From an uncultured Gammaproteobacteria bacterium (lineage in GTDB: Bacteria > Patescibacteriota > Patescibacteriia > Buchananbacterales > UBA6539), in contig CAZINP010000003.1 in NCBI GenBank assembly GCA_964540635.1, positions 43,892 through 107,891 on the forward strand: a DNA stretch of 64,000 nucleotides. The letters are read 5' to 3'. The translations under genes were made by a program, and so were the position numbers. Shown here piece by piece: positions 56,115-64,000 of this stretch. The notes beneath the pieces are model-generated. The model was not told where the DNA came from, did not search any database, and saw nothing but the letters and a program-made list of their open reading frames with translations. Position 1 is the first letter of the stretch, and every line of letters starts with the position of its first letter.

Positions 56115-56618
56115 ATGAGAATTATTGGCCAAAAAATATTATTTATCTTGGTTGTTGCCTTATTTTTTTGGCCGTTGCCGTCATCGGGTTTGGGTCTTTT
56201 GGTTAAGCCTCAGAAGTTGGAAGTGATTTCGTCTCCCGCGAATTTTAATGCCACCGAAATTATGGTTTTGAATAATTCCGATCAGCCGGCCATATATTTG
56301 GTTTCTTCGGATGGTTGGCAAAATCAAATTTCAATTGAGCCCAATGAGTTCAAGCTTGAGCCGAACGAATCAAAAGCAGTTAAAATTTACAGTCGCTTTT
56401 TGTGGCCCGGTTCATACAAAACCAACATTGCCGTTATTGCCAAGTCATTGTCGGCAGGGGATGCTTTGGCGGTTCCGGGAGTTAAGATACCTTATAAAAT
56501 TAATATCTCAAATTGGTTTTATGTATTGTTTTTAGGGTTAATTATATTTTTTTGCTTTGTTCTGTTTTTTGCGGTAAAATGGTTATTGTCAATAAAAAGA
56601 AACAAGAATGAATTATAG
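56115..56618 (+). CDS. hypothetical surface protein with N-terminal signal and C-terminal TM anchor
   Basis: Hydrophobic N- and C-termini, beta-rich middle; 11-nt overlap with the next gene. Confidence 0.4.
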   Translation: MRIIGQKILFILVVALFFWPLPSSGLGLLVKPQKLEVISSPANFNATEIMVLNNSDQPAIYLVSSDGWQNQISIEPNEFKLEPNESKAVKIYSRFLWPGSYKTNIAVIAKSLSAGDALAVPGVKIPYKINISNWFYVLFLGLIIFFCFVLFFAVKWLLSIKRNKNEL

Positions 56619-57063
56619 GATTATAAAAAATTTAACCAGGATTTTGGTCGTTTTATTGGTTTTTTTTGCCGGGTTTTGGTTTGGCCGCTTGCAGGTTCAA
56701 GCGCCTGTTCAAAATCTTGATAACACTCAGATTCCGGCTGAAATTTATGTTGACTTAACTATTGATTACGGCTCGGGAAATATTCAGGAATTTAAAGATC
56801 TGTCATTAAGCCCAAAATCAAGCGTTTATGATTTACTCAAGGTTGCAGAGAAATCAAATGGTTTAGGGCTGCAGGTTAAAGATTACGGCTCGGACATGGG
56901 TGTTTTGATTGAGGGTTTGGGAGGGGTTAGTAATAATCCCAGAACCGGCACTTATTGGCAGCTGTGGGTTAACGGTTCATACGCCCAAGTTGGTGCCAGT
57001 GCGTATGAGCTAAATTCAGGTGATAAGGTTGAGTGGAAATATACTAATTCTCAAATTAAATAA
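56608..57063 (+). CDS. DUF4430-like domain protein (membrane-anchored)
   Basis: N-terminal TM; VYDLLKVAEK...GTYWQLWVNGSYAQVGASAYELNSGDKVEWKY parallels the C-terminal domain of the 54335 protein. Confidence 0.55.
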   Translation: MNYRIIKNLTRILVVLLVFFAGFWFGRLQVQAPVQNLDNTQIPAEIYVDLTIDYGSGNIQEFKDLSLSPKSSVYDLLKVAEKSNGLGLQVKDYGSDMGVLIEGLGGVSNNPRTGTYWQLWVNGSYAQVGASAYELNSGDKVEWKYTNSQIK

Positions 57064-57076
57064 TTAAGGATATATT

Positions 57077-57610
57077 ATGAATTTAAAGACAAAAATTTTA
57101 TTTGCCGCCTTCTTGGTTGGCTTGGGTTTATTGGCAAGGTTGGCGCCACATTTTTGGAATTTTGCGCCGATTACTGCCATTGCCCTTTTTTCCGGCGCTT
57201 ATCTTGGCAGACGCTGGGGCGCAATGGTGCCGTTAGCCGCAATGTTTGTTGGTGATTTATTTATTGGTTTTTATGAATGGCCGTTAATGATTACGGTTTA
57301 TGCTTGTTTTGCGCTGTTTGGTTTGGCCGGTTCAATCATTTCCAAGAATAAGAATTTCAAATCGGTTTTAGCTCTTAGTCTCACGGCCTCTATTTCCTTT
57401 TTTATCTTAACGAATTGGGCGGTTTGGCAATTCTCTCCTTGGTATGCCAAAACTTTTTCCGGCTTAATCGGATGTTATACCAATGCTTTGCCTTTCTATC
57501 GCAATACTTTGTTGGGAGATGTTTTTTACACCCTGGCTTTGTTTGGCTCATACGAGTTAGTTAGAAATTATTCCCAGAAATGGCAGCTAAAAGCGATTTT
57601 TTCGCGTTAA
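57077..57610 (+). CDS. small polytopic membrane protein (possible vitamin-transporter substrate-capture/S-component-like)
   Basis: 177 aa with about 5-6 TM helices, rich in W/F/Y; the functional assignment is an inference from context only. Confidence 0.35.
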   Translation: MNLKTKILFAAFLVGLGLLARLAPHFWNFAPITAIALFSGAYLGRRWGAMVPLAAMFVGDLFIGFYEWPLMITVYACFALFGLAGSIISKNKNFKSVLALSLTASISFFILTNWAVWQFSPWYAKTFSGLIGCYTNALPFYRNTLLGDVFYTLALFGSYELVRNYSQKWQLKAIFSR

Positions 57611-57706
57611 AATCAAACAGAAATTTATTTGACCGGCAAGCCTTGCCGGTCTTTTTTTATTTAGATTTATATTGTATAATATAGGGAAGAAAATAAGCAC
57701 AAAACT

Positions 57707-58165
57707 ATGACAGAAAATCAAATTAATCAAAACCTGGCGGATGAGTCAAAGTCTTTTCATGATCAAATTGATGAGGTCAGAGGCATTGCCGAGGAAAATC
57801 TGCATTATATAAAAGCGATTTATCAAGCCAAAACGGACGGCTTGGGTAAGGATGAGGCTGATTTAAGGCAACTGGTTCAGGAAAACTTAAATTTGTCCCA
57901 TGAAATTTATCGTTTGGTTAAAAAAATCAGGAAACAGCTTTTGTGGCAAAAGATTTTTGGCTTTTTGAAATTTTTAATTATCGTTGTTCCTTTGGTGGTG
58001 GGTTCAATTTATTTATATCCCATGCTTCAGGAAATGATTGGAACTTACCAACAAATAACGGAAATGACCAAGGGTAATACGGTTGATGTCTCAAAATTGA
58101 ATTTGGATACCAGTAAGCTTAGCCCGGAAGTTATTCAAAATTTATTAAAACAGATTAAAAATTAA
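57707..58165 (+). CDS. hypothetical coiled-coil protein with one TM helix
   Basis: 152-aa ORF; TM FLKFLIIVVPLVVGSIYLY. Confidence 0.4.
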   Translation: MTENQINQNLADESKSFHDQIDEVRGIAEENLHYIKAIYQAKTDGLGKDEADLRQLVQENLNLSHEIYRLVKKIRKQLLWQKIFGFLKFLIIVVPLVVGSIYLYPMLQEMIGTYQQITEMTKGNTVDVSKLNLDTSKLSPEVIQNLLKQIKN

Positions 58166-58168
58166 CAT

Positions 58169-58588
58169 TTGGCTATGCTCAAAGAGTTTTATAAGTCATT
58201 GCCCAAGAGAACAATTATCTTGCTTTTGATTTTTATCACTTTATTGGCAATTGCCAATACTTATATTTATTTTTACCGTCAGAATATTAAAGGTGTTGTT
58301 AATAAGTATCTTTCCGAAATTACTGTTTGTGAGAATATTAAAGATGAGCAAACTTGTTTTGAAAAGGATTTTTGTGAGGGTATTTATGATAACGACGGCT
58401 CAGTTTTAAGTTTTAAATCTTGTCGTCGCATTAGCAATGAATCAATAGAAAACCAAAGAGCGCAACAACAATTATGCGAAAGAACTCAGGGAACATGGTA
58501 TGTTAATAAGCTTGGCTCGTTTTGTCTTTGCCAGTCAGCCGGTCCGGGAAAAATATTTGATTCAAATAATGGTTGTCTTGATCAATAA
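58169..58588 (+). CDS. secreted cysteine-rich hypothetical protein
   Basis: N-terminal TM/signal; 10 Cys in 139 aa. Confidence 0.4.
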   Translation: MAMLKEFYKSLPKRTIILLLIFITLLAIANTYIYFYRQNIKGVVNKYLSEITVCENIKDEQTCFEKDFCEGIYDNDGSVLSFKSCRRISNESIENQRAQQQLCERTQGTWYVNKLGSFCLCQSAGPGKIFDSNNGCLDQ

Positions 58589-58594
58589 TATATT

Positions 58595-59690
58595 ATGAAA
58601 GAAGTTATCCAAAAATTTAAAGATTTAAAAGACCGCATTTCGGCAACCCGGAGGTTACTTTGACCTGGACAATCTTAAGGCGGAAATAAAAAAATTAGAA
58701 GAAAAAATGATCGCGCCAGATTTCTGGCAGGATCAGGAAAGCGCTAAATCAATTTCCAAGAAATGCGAGAGTTTAAAAAAAACTGTTGGGTCTTGGGACG
58801 AAATTGACAGCGAAGTTTCTGCAAACCTTGAGATTGCTCAGCAAGCAGTTGATGATCTTGATTTGGAAGGAGAGTTAAAAAAAGAATTGAATAAATTAGA
58901 AAAAGAGTACGAGAAACTTGAGTTTCTTGTTTTATTTTCCGGAAAGTATGATCAAAACGACGCGATTATTTCGATTCACGCCGGCACCGGCGGCACGGAA
59001 GCTCAGGATTGGGCGGAAATGCTTTTAAGGATGATAATGCGTTTTTCCGAGAAGAATGATTTTGAAGTTAAGTTAATTGACGAAACGAGAGGGCAGGAGG
59101 CGGGTATAAAAAGCGTAACCATTGAGGTTTCCGGCCCTTATACTTACGGCCATTTAAAATCTGAAGCCGGTGTTCATCGCCTGGTGAGAATTTCACCCTT
59201 TGATGCGGAAAAAATGCGCCATACCTCTTTTGCCTTAATTGAAGTGCTGCCTGTTTTAGACGATAGCGATGATTTTGAAATTAACGAAAAAGATTTAAGA
59301 ATTGACGTTTTTCGTTCCGGCGGCGCCGGCGGTCAAAGTGTTAATCGGACCGATTCGGCGGTGCGCATTACCCATCTGCCTACCAATATTGTGGTAAAAT
59401 GTCAAAACGAGCGTTCGCAGTTGCAGAATAGAAAAACCGCAATGAAGATTTTAAAATCCAAATTAGCCGAATTGTCACAAAAAGCAAAAGGTAAAGAAAT
59501 AGCCGAAATCAGGGGTGAGGTTTTGGAAGCGGCTTGGGGCAACCAAATCAGGTCTTATGTGCTGCAGCCTTACAAGCTGGTTAAAGATCATCGTACTGAT
59601 TTTGAAACCAGCGACCCCGATGCGGTTTTAAACGGAGATTTGGATGATTTTGTCGCGGCTTATTTAAAACATATAAACCAAGTTAAATAA
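58595..59690 (+). CDS. prfB: peptide chain release factor 2 with programmed +1 ribosomal frameshift (join 58595..58660, 58662..59690)
   Basis: Frame 0 reads [22 protein letters not shown] and stops at CTT TGA C, preceded by an SD-like GGAGG. The +1 frame continues [24 protein letters not shown]...[22 protein letters not shown] (GGQ motif). Confidence 0.85.
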
Positions 59691-59706
59691 TAAATTTTAC
59701 TTTTTT

Positions 59707-60636
59707 ATGAAGATTCTTGTTACCGGTGGTGCCGGATTCATCGGTTCGCATTTAATTAAACTTTTATTGGAAAGAGGGGATCAGGTTGTGTGCCTAGATA
59801 ATTTTTTCACCGGCCAAAAAAGAAATATTAATCAATTCTTGGAAAATAAAAATTTTGAGTTGATGGTTCAGGACGTTACCTTGGCAATTGATTCAAAAGT
59901 AGATCAGATTTATAATTTAGCTTGTCCGGCTTCGCCAATTCATTACCAAAAAAATCCGGTTGAAACCGTTAGGACCAATGTTTTGGGGGCGATTAATTGT
60001 TTAGAGCTTTCTAAGAAATTGGGCGGCGTAAAAGTTTTACAAGCTTCAACTTCTGAAGTTTATGGCGACCCCAGTATTCATCCTCAGCCAGAGAGTTATC
60101 ATGGTAATGTCAGTTGCATTGGTCCAAGAGCTTGTTATGATGAAGGTAAGCGTTGTGCTGAGACTTTATTTTTTGACTATCATCGTCAGGATGGCATACC
60201 AATTAAAGTGGTGAGAATTTTTAATACTTACGGTCCGAATATGGCCGCCGATGATGGTCGGGTGGTTTCTAATTTTATTATTCAAGCTTTGAAAAACCAA
60301 GACATAACCATCTACGGCAAGGGTGATCAAACTCGTTCATTTTGCTTTGTTTCCGATCTGGTTTCCGGTTTGATTAAAATGATGGATTCAAATGGTTTTA
60401 CGGGTCCGGTTAATCTTGGCAATCCGGGAGAGTTTACAATCAAGGAATTGGCCGAAATGATTATTGAAATGACAAAGAGTAAGAGCAAAATTGTTTATCA
60501 ATCTTTGCCGGCCGACGATCCCAAGCAGCGAAAGCCGGATATTGCTTTGGCAAAAGCAAAACTTGGCTGGGAACCGACGATTCCATTGAGCCAGGGTCTA
60601 GAAAAAACAATAAATTATTTTGAATCAATAATTTAA
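59707..60636 (+). CDS. UDP-glucuronate decarboxylase (UDP-xylose synthase)-type short-chain dehydrogenase
   Basis: GGAGFIGSH Rossmann fold, NFFTG, YDEGKR catalytic YxxxK region; 309 aa. Confidence 0.75.
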   Translation: MKILVTGGAGFIGSHLIKLLLERGDQVVCLDNFFTGQKRNINQFLENKNFELMVQDVTLAIDSKVDQIYNLACPASPIHYQKNPVETVRTNVLGAINCLELSKKLGGVKVLQASTSEVYGDPSIHPQPESYHGNVSCIGPRACYDEGKRCAETLFFDYHRQDGIPIKVVRIFNTYGPNMAADDGRVVSNFIIQALKNQDITIYGKGDQTRSFCFVSDLVSGLIKMMDSNGFTGPVNLGNPGEFTIKELAEMIIEMTKSKSKIVYQSLPADDPKQRKPDIALAKAKLGWEPTIPLSQGLEKTINYFESII

Positions 60637-60637
60637 T

Positions 60638-61312
60638 ATGAACGATCACGGTGAGAGAAATTTAGAACAGCAAAAACAATTAGCCGAATCATGGTTGTTG
60701 GATTTTGGCGAAAGCCTTAATTCGGCAATCAAAAACCCCGAATCTGATTTTGATCAAATTATGGATGTGGTTTGGGAAAAAGGAATATTGAATCGGATTT
60801 GTCCCGACAGCCAGGAAGTAAAAGCCGCCAGAAAAAATTTAGGCAGGAATGTGTATGAAGGTCAAAAAGAAGATTCTGATCTTTATTGGCGTTTATTAGC
60901 GTCGGCTGAGAACGTGGAGTATGCCGCCAAAAATAGTTTGACCCTTGCTTCCGGTGATCTATCGCCGATGTTTGAGGCCTTTGTGGCAATGAATAGTCCT
61001 GAGATTAAAAGAAGATTTTTTCAGAAAGATGATGACGGTAGGGAACTAGACAAAGTTATTGACGCGATTAGGCAAAAAGCGATTTCTAAAATTTCTGATT
61101 TAGAAAAAAAACAAGTGCCGGCCTTGCCGGCCTATGGTAAAAAGATTAATGTCGCAGGCATTGATTTAAAGGTTCGCTATACGCCTAACGGTCAAATTGC
61201 TTTGGAAGCTTTTAGTCCAGAAGATCATGAAAAAATTGGTCAGATGACTGATTATACCGGTACAATCTCACCCAAAAAATTATTTGAATTAGGTTTTGAA
61301 GAAGTAAAATAA
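60638..61312 (+). CDS. hypothetical protein
   Basis: 224-aa ORF between two sugar-nucleotide enzymes; no recognised motif. Confidence 0.4.
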   Translation: MNDHGERNLEQQKQLAESWLLDFGESLNSAIKNPESDFDQIMDVVWEKGILNRICPDSQEVKAARKNLGRNVYEGQKEDSDLYWRLLASAENVEYAAKNSLTLASGDLSPMFEAFVAMNSPEIKRRFFQKDDDGRELDKVIDAIRQKAISKISDLEKKQVPALPAYGKKINVAGIDLKVRYTPNGQIALEAFSPEDHEKIGQMTDYTGTISPKKLFELGFEEVK

Positions 61313-61319
61313 TAATTAT

Positions 61320-62237
61320 ATGAAAATTTTTGTTACCGGCGGTGCCGGATTCATTGGCTCAAATTTGGTCGATGCTTTAATCGAACTTGGTCATCAGGTT
61401 TGTATTATTGATAATCTGTCAACCGGCCAGAAAGAGAATATTAACCAACAGGCGAAATTTTTTGAACTTGATATTCAGGATAAAAAATTGGCTGAAATTT
61501 TTGAGTCTGAAAAGCCGGAAGTAGTTTTTCATTTAGCCGCCCAGATTGACGTGAGAAAATCCGTAGCTGAACCGGTTGAAGATGCCAAAGCAAATATTTT
61601 AGGCTCGCTGAACCTTTTGGAAAATTGCAAAAAATTTAAAATAAAAAAAATAATTTTTTCTTCCACCGGCGGCGCAATCTACGGCGATTCAGACATTGTT
61701 CCCACGCCAGAATCCGCACCCCAATTGCCAATTTCACCTTATGGTATTGGCAAGCTTTCCGTTGAAAAATATCTTTATTATTACCACATTGTTCATGGTT
61801 TGGATTATACGGTTTTAAGATATGCCAATGTTTATGGTCCTCGGCAAAATTCCCACGGGGAAGCCGGTGTGGTTGCGATTTTTTGCGATAAGCTTTTAAA
61901 AAATCAACCCCCGATAATTAACGGCGACGGCAAGCAAACCAGAGATTATGTTTATGTGGCAGATGTGGTTTCGGCTAATTTAGCGGCCTTAAATTCTTTG
62001 CCCGGCCAAACTTATAATGTCGGCACCGGAATTGAAAGTGATGTTAATAAAGTGGCGGCATTGATTAAAGAGGGTATTGGCAGTGATTTGGATTTTTCAT
62101 ACGGTCCGGCTAAACCAGGCGAGCAAAAACGTTCATGTTTAAATTATGACAAAATCAAAAAGGAACTTGGTTGGTTGCCAAAAACCAGCTTGGCCCACGG
62201 CATAGCCGCCACAACCCAGTGGTTTATAAATAAATAA
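61320..62237 (+). CDS. NAD-dependent sugar epimerase (GalE family)
   Basis: [19 protein letters not shown], YxxxK (YGIGKLSVEKY); 305 aa. Confidence 0.8.
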   Translation: MKIFVTGGAGFIGSNLVDALIELGHQVCIIDNLSTGQKENINQQAKFFELDIQDKKLAEIFESEKPEVVFHLAAQIDVRKSVAEPVEDAKANILGSLNLLENCKKFKIKKIIFSSTGGAIYGDSDIVPTPESAPQLPISPYGIGKLSVEKYLYYYHIVHGLDYTVLRYANVYGPRQNSHGEAGVVAIFCDKLLKNQPPIINGDGKQTRDYVYVADVVSANLAALNSLPGQTYNVGTGIESDVNKVAALIKEGIGSDLDFSYGPAKPGEQKRSCLNYDKIKKELGWLPKTSLAHGIAATTQWFINK

Positions 62238-62245
62238 AAAGTTTT

Positions 62246-62273
62246 TTAAAAAAGGAGCATTGCCTCCTTTTTT
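62246..62273 (+). terminator. rho-independent terminator
   Basis: aggag-cattgc-ctcct followed by T5. Confidence 0.5.
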
Positions 62274-62322
62274 AATTTACTCTCTTGATTATTCTGAATT
62301 TTTATTTTATTATTATTGGCGT

Positions 62323-63027
62323 ATGAGTAAATCGGCCTTATCAAGCTTAAAAAATAACCTCGCGGTTTTAGAGGAAATTATTGAGACTTTCAGCAGCAAC
62401 TTTGAGCTGAGAGAGATTTTAAATAATATTGCTAAAATAATCGGCAAAGTAACAAAGGCTGATTCTTGTTTTATATACCTTATTACCGGCGATGAGGTTA
62501 TTCTAAAGGGTTCGCAAAATCCGCATCATTCCAATTTAGCTAAGATAAAAATGAAATTGGGCGAAGGTATTACCGGTTGGGTGGCCGAGACCAAAAAAAC
62601 CGTTGCCATTTCTCAGAAAGCCTATGAAGACAAGCGCTTTAAACTTTTTTCCGGTTTACCGGAAGATAAATTTGAAGGCTTTTTGTCCGTGCCGATTATT
62701 TTTCAAAAAAAAGTAATTGGCGTCATTAATATTCAACATCGTCGATCAAAAAAATACTCTAAAAAAGATATTAGTTTTATGGAAACGATTGCCAAGCAAA
62801 TCGGCGGCATTTTGGAAGTATCGCGTTTGATCTCTGAGACAAATGTTTTAAAGGAAGCTTTAGAAACCCAAAAGTTAATTGCCAAGGCCAAAGCCATATT
62901 AATAAGATCGGGTAACCTTTCCGAAGAAGACGCTCATAAGCTTTTGGTTAAAAAGAGTATGGATAAAAGAAAAAGTTTAAAAGAGGTGGCCGAAGCTATA
63001 ATTTTAGCCGAAGACGTAGTCAGATAA
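62323..63027 (+). CDS. GAF + ANTAR domain RNA-binding antitermination regulator
   Basis: GAF-like N-terminus. C-terminal ANTAR helix-bundle pattern AKAKAILIRSGNLSEEDAHKLLVKKSMDKRKSLKEVAEAII. Start chosen at MSKSALSS. Confidence 0.7.
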   Translation: MSKSALSSLKNNLAVLEEIIETFSSNFELREILNNIAKIIGKVTKADSCFIYLITGDEVILKGSQNPHHSNLAKIKMKLGEGITGWVAETKKTVAISQKAYEDKRFKLFSGLPEDKFEGFLSVPIIFQKKVIGVINIQHRRSKKYSKKDISFMETIAKQIGGILEVSRLISETNVLKEALETQKLIAKAKAILIRSGNLSEEDAHKLLVKKSMDKRKSLKEVAEAIILAEDVVR

Positions 63028-63036
63028 TTTTTCCTC

Positions 63037-63064
63037 TTGTCAAAAAAAATAATTTTGATAAAAT
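63037..63064 (+). promoter_or_regulatory. promoter TTGTCA-N16-TAAAAT
   Basis: 5/6 match at -35; AT-rich -10. Confidence 0.4.
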
Positions 63065-63070
63065 ATAAAT

Positions 63071-63128
63071 AGGCACAAGGGCGTGCCCAAAAGACATAGA
63101 CGTCATCATAGTTTTGACGGCTTTTTTT
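63071..63128 (+). promoter_or_regulatory. ANTAR-target dual hexaloop hairpins overlapping an intrinsic terminator (amt leader)
   Basis: P1 ggcac-AAGGGC-gtgcc and P2 gac-ATAGAC-gtc, each hexaloop with A1/G4, separated by a 5-nt linker. The P2 3' arm lies inside the terminator 5' arm (cgtca...tgacg followed by T7). Confidence 0.5.
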
Positions 63129-63146
63129 ATTATTAATAAATTAATT

Positions 63147-64000
63147 ATGATTGAATTAAATTACGGCAATACCGCCTTTATGTTGGTTGCCACTGCCTTG
63201 GTGATGATTATGACGCCCGGCTTAGCTCTTTTTTATGGCGGTTTGGTTGGACGCAAAAACGTTTTGGCGATAATGATTCAAAGCTTTATTTCCATGAGTC
63301 TAACAACAATTATTTGGTTTGCTTATGGCTACTCTTTAAGTTTTTCCGGTGATAACTTTGGATTAATTGGCAATTTGGATTGGGCTTTTTTAAGAAATGT
63401 TGATTTGGGCTCACTGCACGCCAACGGTTTTCCAATTTTGGTTTTTATTGCTTATCAGATGATGTTTGCGGTTATTACCCCGGCTCTGATTACCGGCGCG
63501 TTTGCCAACAGGATTAGATTTGGCGCGTATCTTGCCTTTTTAACTCTTTGGCTTACTTTTGTTTATTTTCCGGTTTGCCATATGGCTTGGTCAGCCGACG
63601 GCTTATTAATAAAACTTGGCGTGCTTGATTTTGCCGGCGGTATGGTGGTTCATGCCACAGCCGGTTTTGCCGCCTTAGCTTCGGTCCTATTTGTTGGCAA
63701 GCGCGAACAAGTTACCGAGGCAGCCCACAATGTACCCTTGGTTGCCTTGGGAACCGGCTTGCTTTGGTTTGGCTGGTATGGTTTTAACGCCGGTAGTGAG
63801 TTGGCTGCAGACAGAATAACGGCTTTGGCTTTTTTGAACACGGATATTGCCGCTTCGGTGGCTGCAGCAGTTTGGCTTTTATTGGTTTGGGTGCTGGAAA
63901 AGAAACCGAAATTTGTCGGGCTTTTAACCGGGGCTTTAGCCGGGTTAGTTGCCATTACTCCGGCAGCCGGCTTTGTTACTCCCGGGGCGGCCTTTTTGAT
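63147..64000 (+). CDS. amt: ammonium transporter (Amt/AmtB), 3'-partial at window end
   Basis: MIELNYGNTAFMLVATALVMIMTPGLALFYGGLV...DFAGGMVVHATAGFAAL Amt signature; the ORF continues beyond base 64000. Confidence 0.85.
   Translation, partial: MIELNYGNTAFMLVATALVMIMTPGLALFYGGLVGRKNVLAIMIQSFISMSLTTIIWFAYGYSLSFSGDNFGLIGNLDWAFLRNVDLGSLHANGFPILVFIAYQMMFAVITPALITGAFANRIRFGAYLAFLTLWLTFVYFPVCHMAWSADGLLIKLGVLDFAGGMVVHATAGFAALASVLFVGKREQVTEAAHNVPLVALGTGLLWFGWYGFNAGSELAADRITALAFLNTDIAASVAAAVWLLLVWVLEKKPKFVGLLTGALAGLVAITPAAGFVTPGAAFL

Noticed and set aside
1-64000. Alternative genetic code (UGA=Gly, code 25) as seen in some CPR lineages
   Set aside because: Conserved genes (ftsZ, topA, nrdJ, hisS) translate full-length under code 11. 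prfB has its UGA-dependent frameshift. Many genes terminate with TGA next to terminator hairpins.

Overview
This 64-kb window is AT-rich, compactly gene-packed bacterial chromosome. The gene content and protein architecture suggest a small-genome Candidate Phyla Radiation (Patescibacteria)-like organism. That placement is an inference from the sequence, not a database result. UGA is used as a stop codon and prfB carries the canonical +1 frameshift, so the standard code 11 applies, not code 25.

Housekeeping content:
- CDSs: glyS C-terminus (5'-partial), M16 peptidase, parA/parB, a short Rel/SpoT, a membrane-anchored ClpB-like single AAA+ module, rubrerythrin, a minus-strand dprA-folC-topA operon, pth, der, an LCP protein, GDPD, lepB, hisS, rpsU-yqeY, ybeY, ftsA/ftsZ, nrdJ (class II RNR), a P-type ATPase, cobO, prfB (+1 frameshift), UXS and GalE-type sugar epimerases, and a GAF-ANTAR regulator followed by a 3'-partial amt.
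- Four tRNAs: Leu-CAA, initiator Met, a CAT-anticodon Met/Ile2, and Val-CAC.

The outstanding feature is a roughly 22-kb locus (23186..45175). It holds two tandem paralogous giant cysteine-rich surface proteins of 1047 aa and 5637 aa (the latter a 16.9-kb ORF). Each begins with a signal peptide plus a two-helix TrbC/VirB2-like pilin-type membrane module. Behind that lie adhesin-type extracellular domains: IPT/TIG, a LamG-like lectin fold, about 13 copies of a CGNGxxExGEECD cysteine repeat, a CBM-like domain, thrombospondin type 3 Ca-binding repeats, and a triplicated C-terminal module. Two small paralogous type-II membrane proteins with TSP3-like DxDxDG repeats and a shared VLSGYDPK motif follow. 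Their upstream regions carry repeated TTGGAAYTT and ACAAATTT...AAATTTGT motifs.

Secondary items of interest:
- A cobalamin acquisition and use cluster: nrdJ, cobO, then a riboswitch-like leader with an SD-sequestering terminator, then a transcobalamin-like alpha-toroid + DUF4430 protein, a standalone DUF4430 protein and a small permease-like protein.
- A textbook ANTAR dual-hexaloop hairpin/terminator leader between a GAF-ANTAR gene and amt.
- A promoter-to-U-tail ~145-nt RNA candidate with a 24-bp closing helix (14558..14702).
- A duplicated promoter + leader-hairpin + U-run element.
- A 160-bp element bounded by inverted repeats.

All coordinates were counted by hand from the provided sequence. 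No database searches were run.
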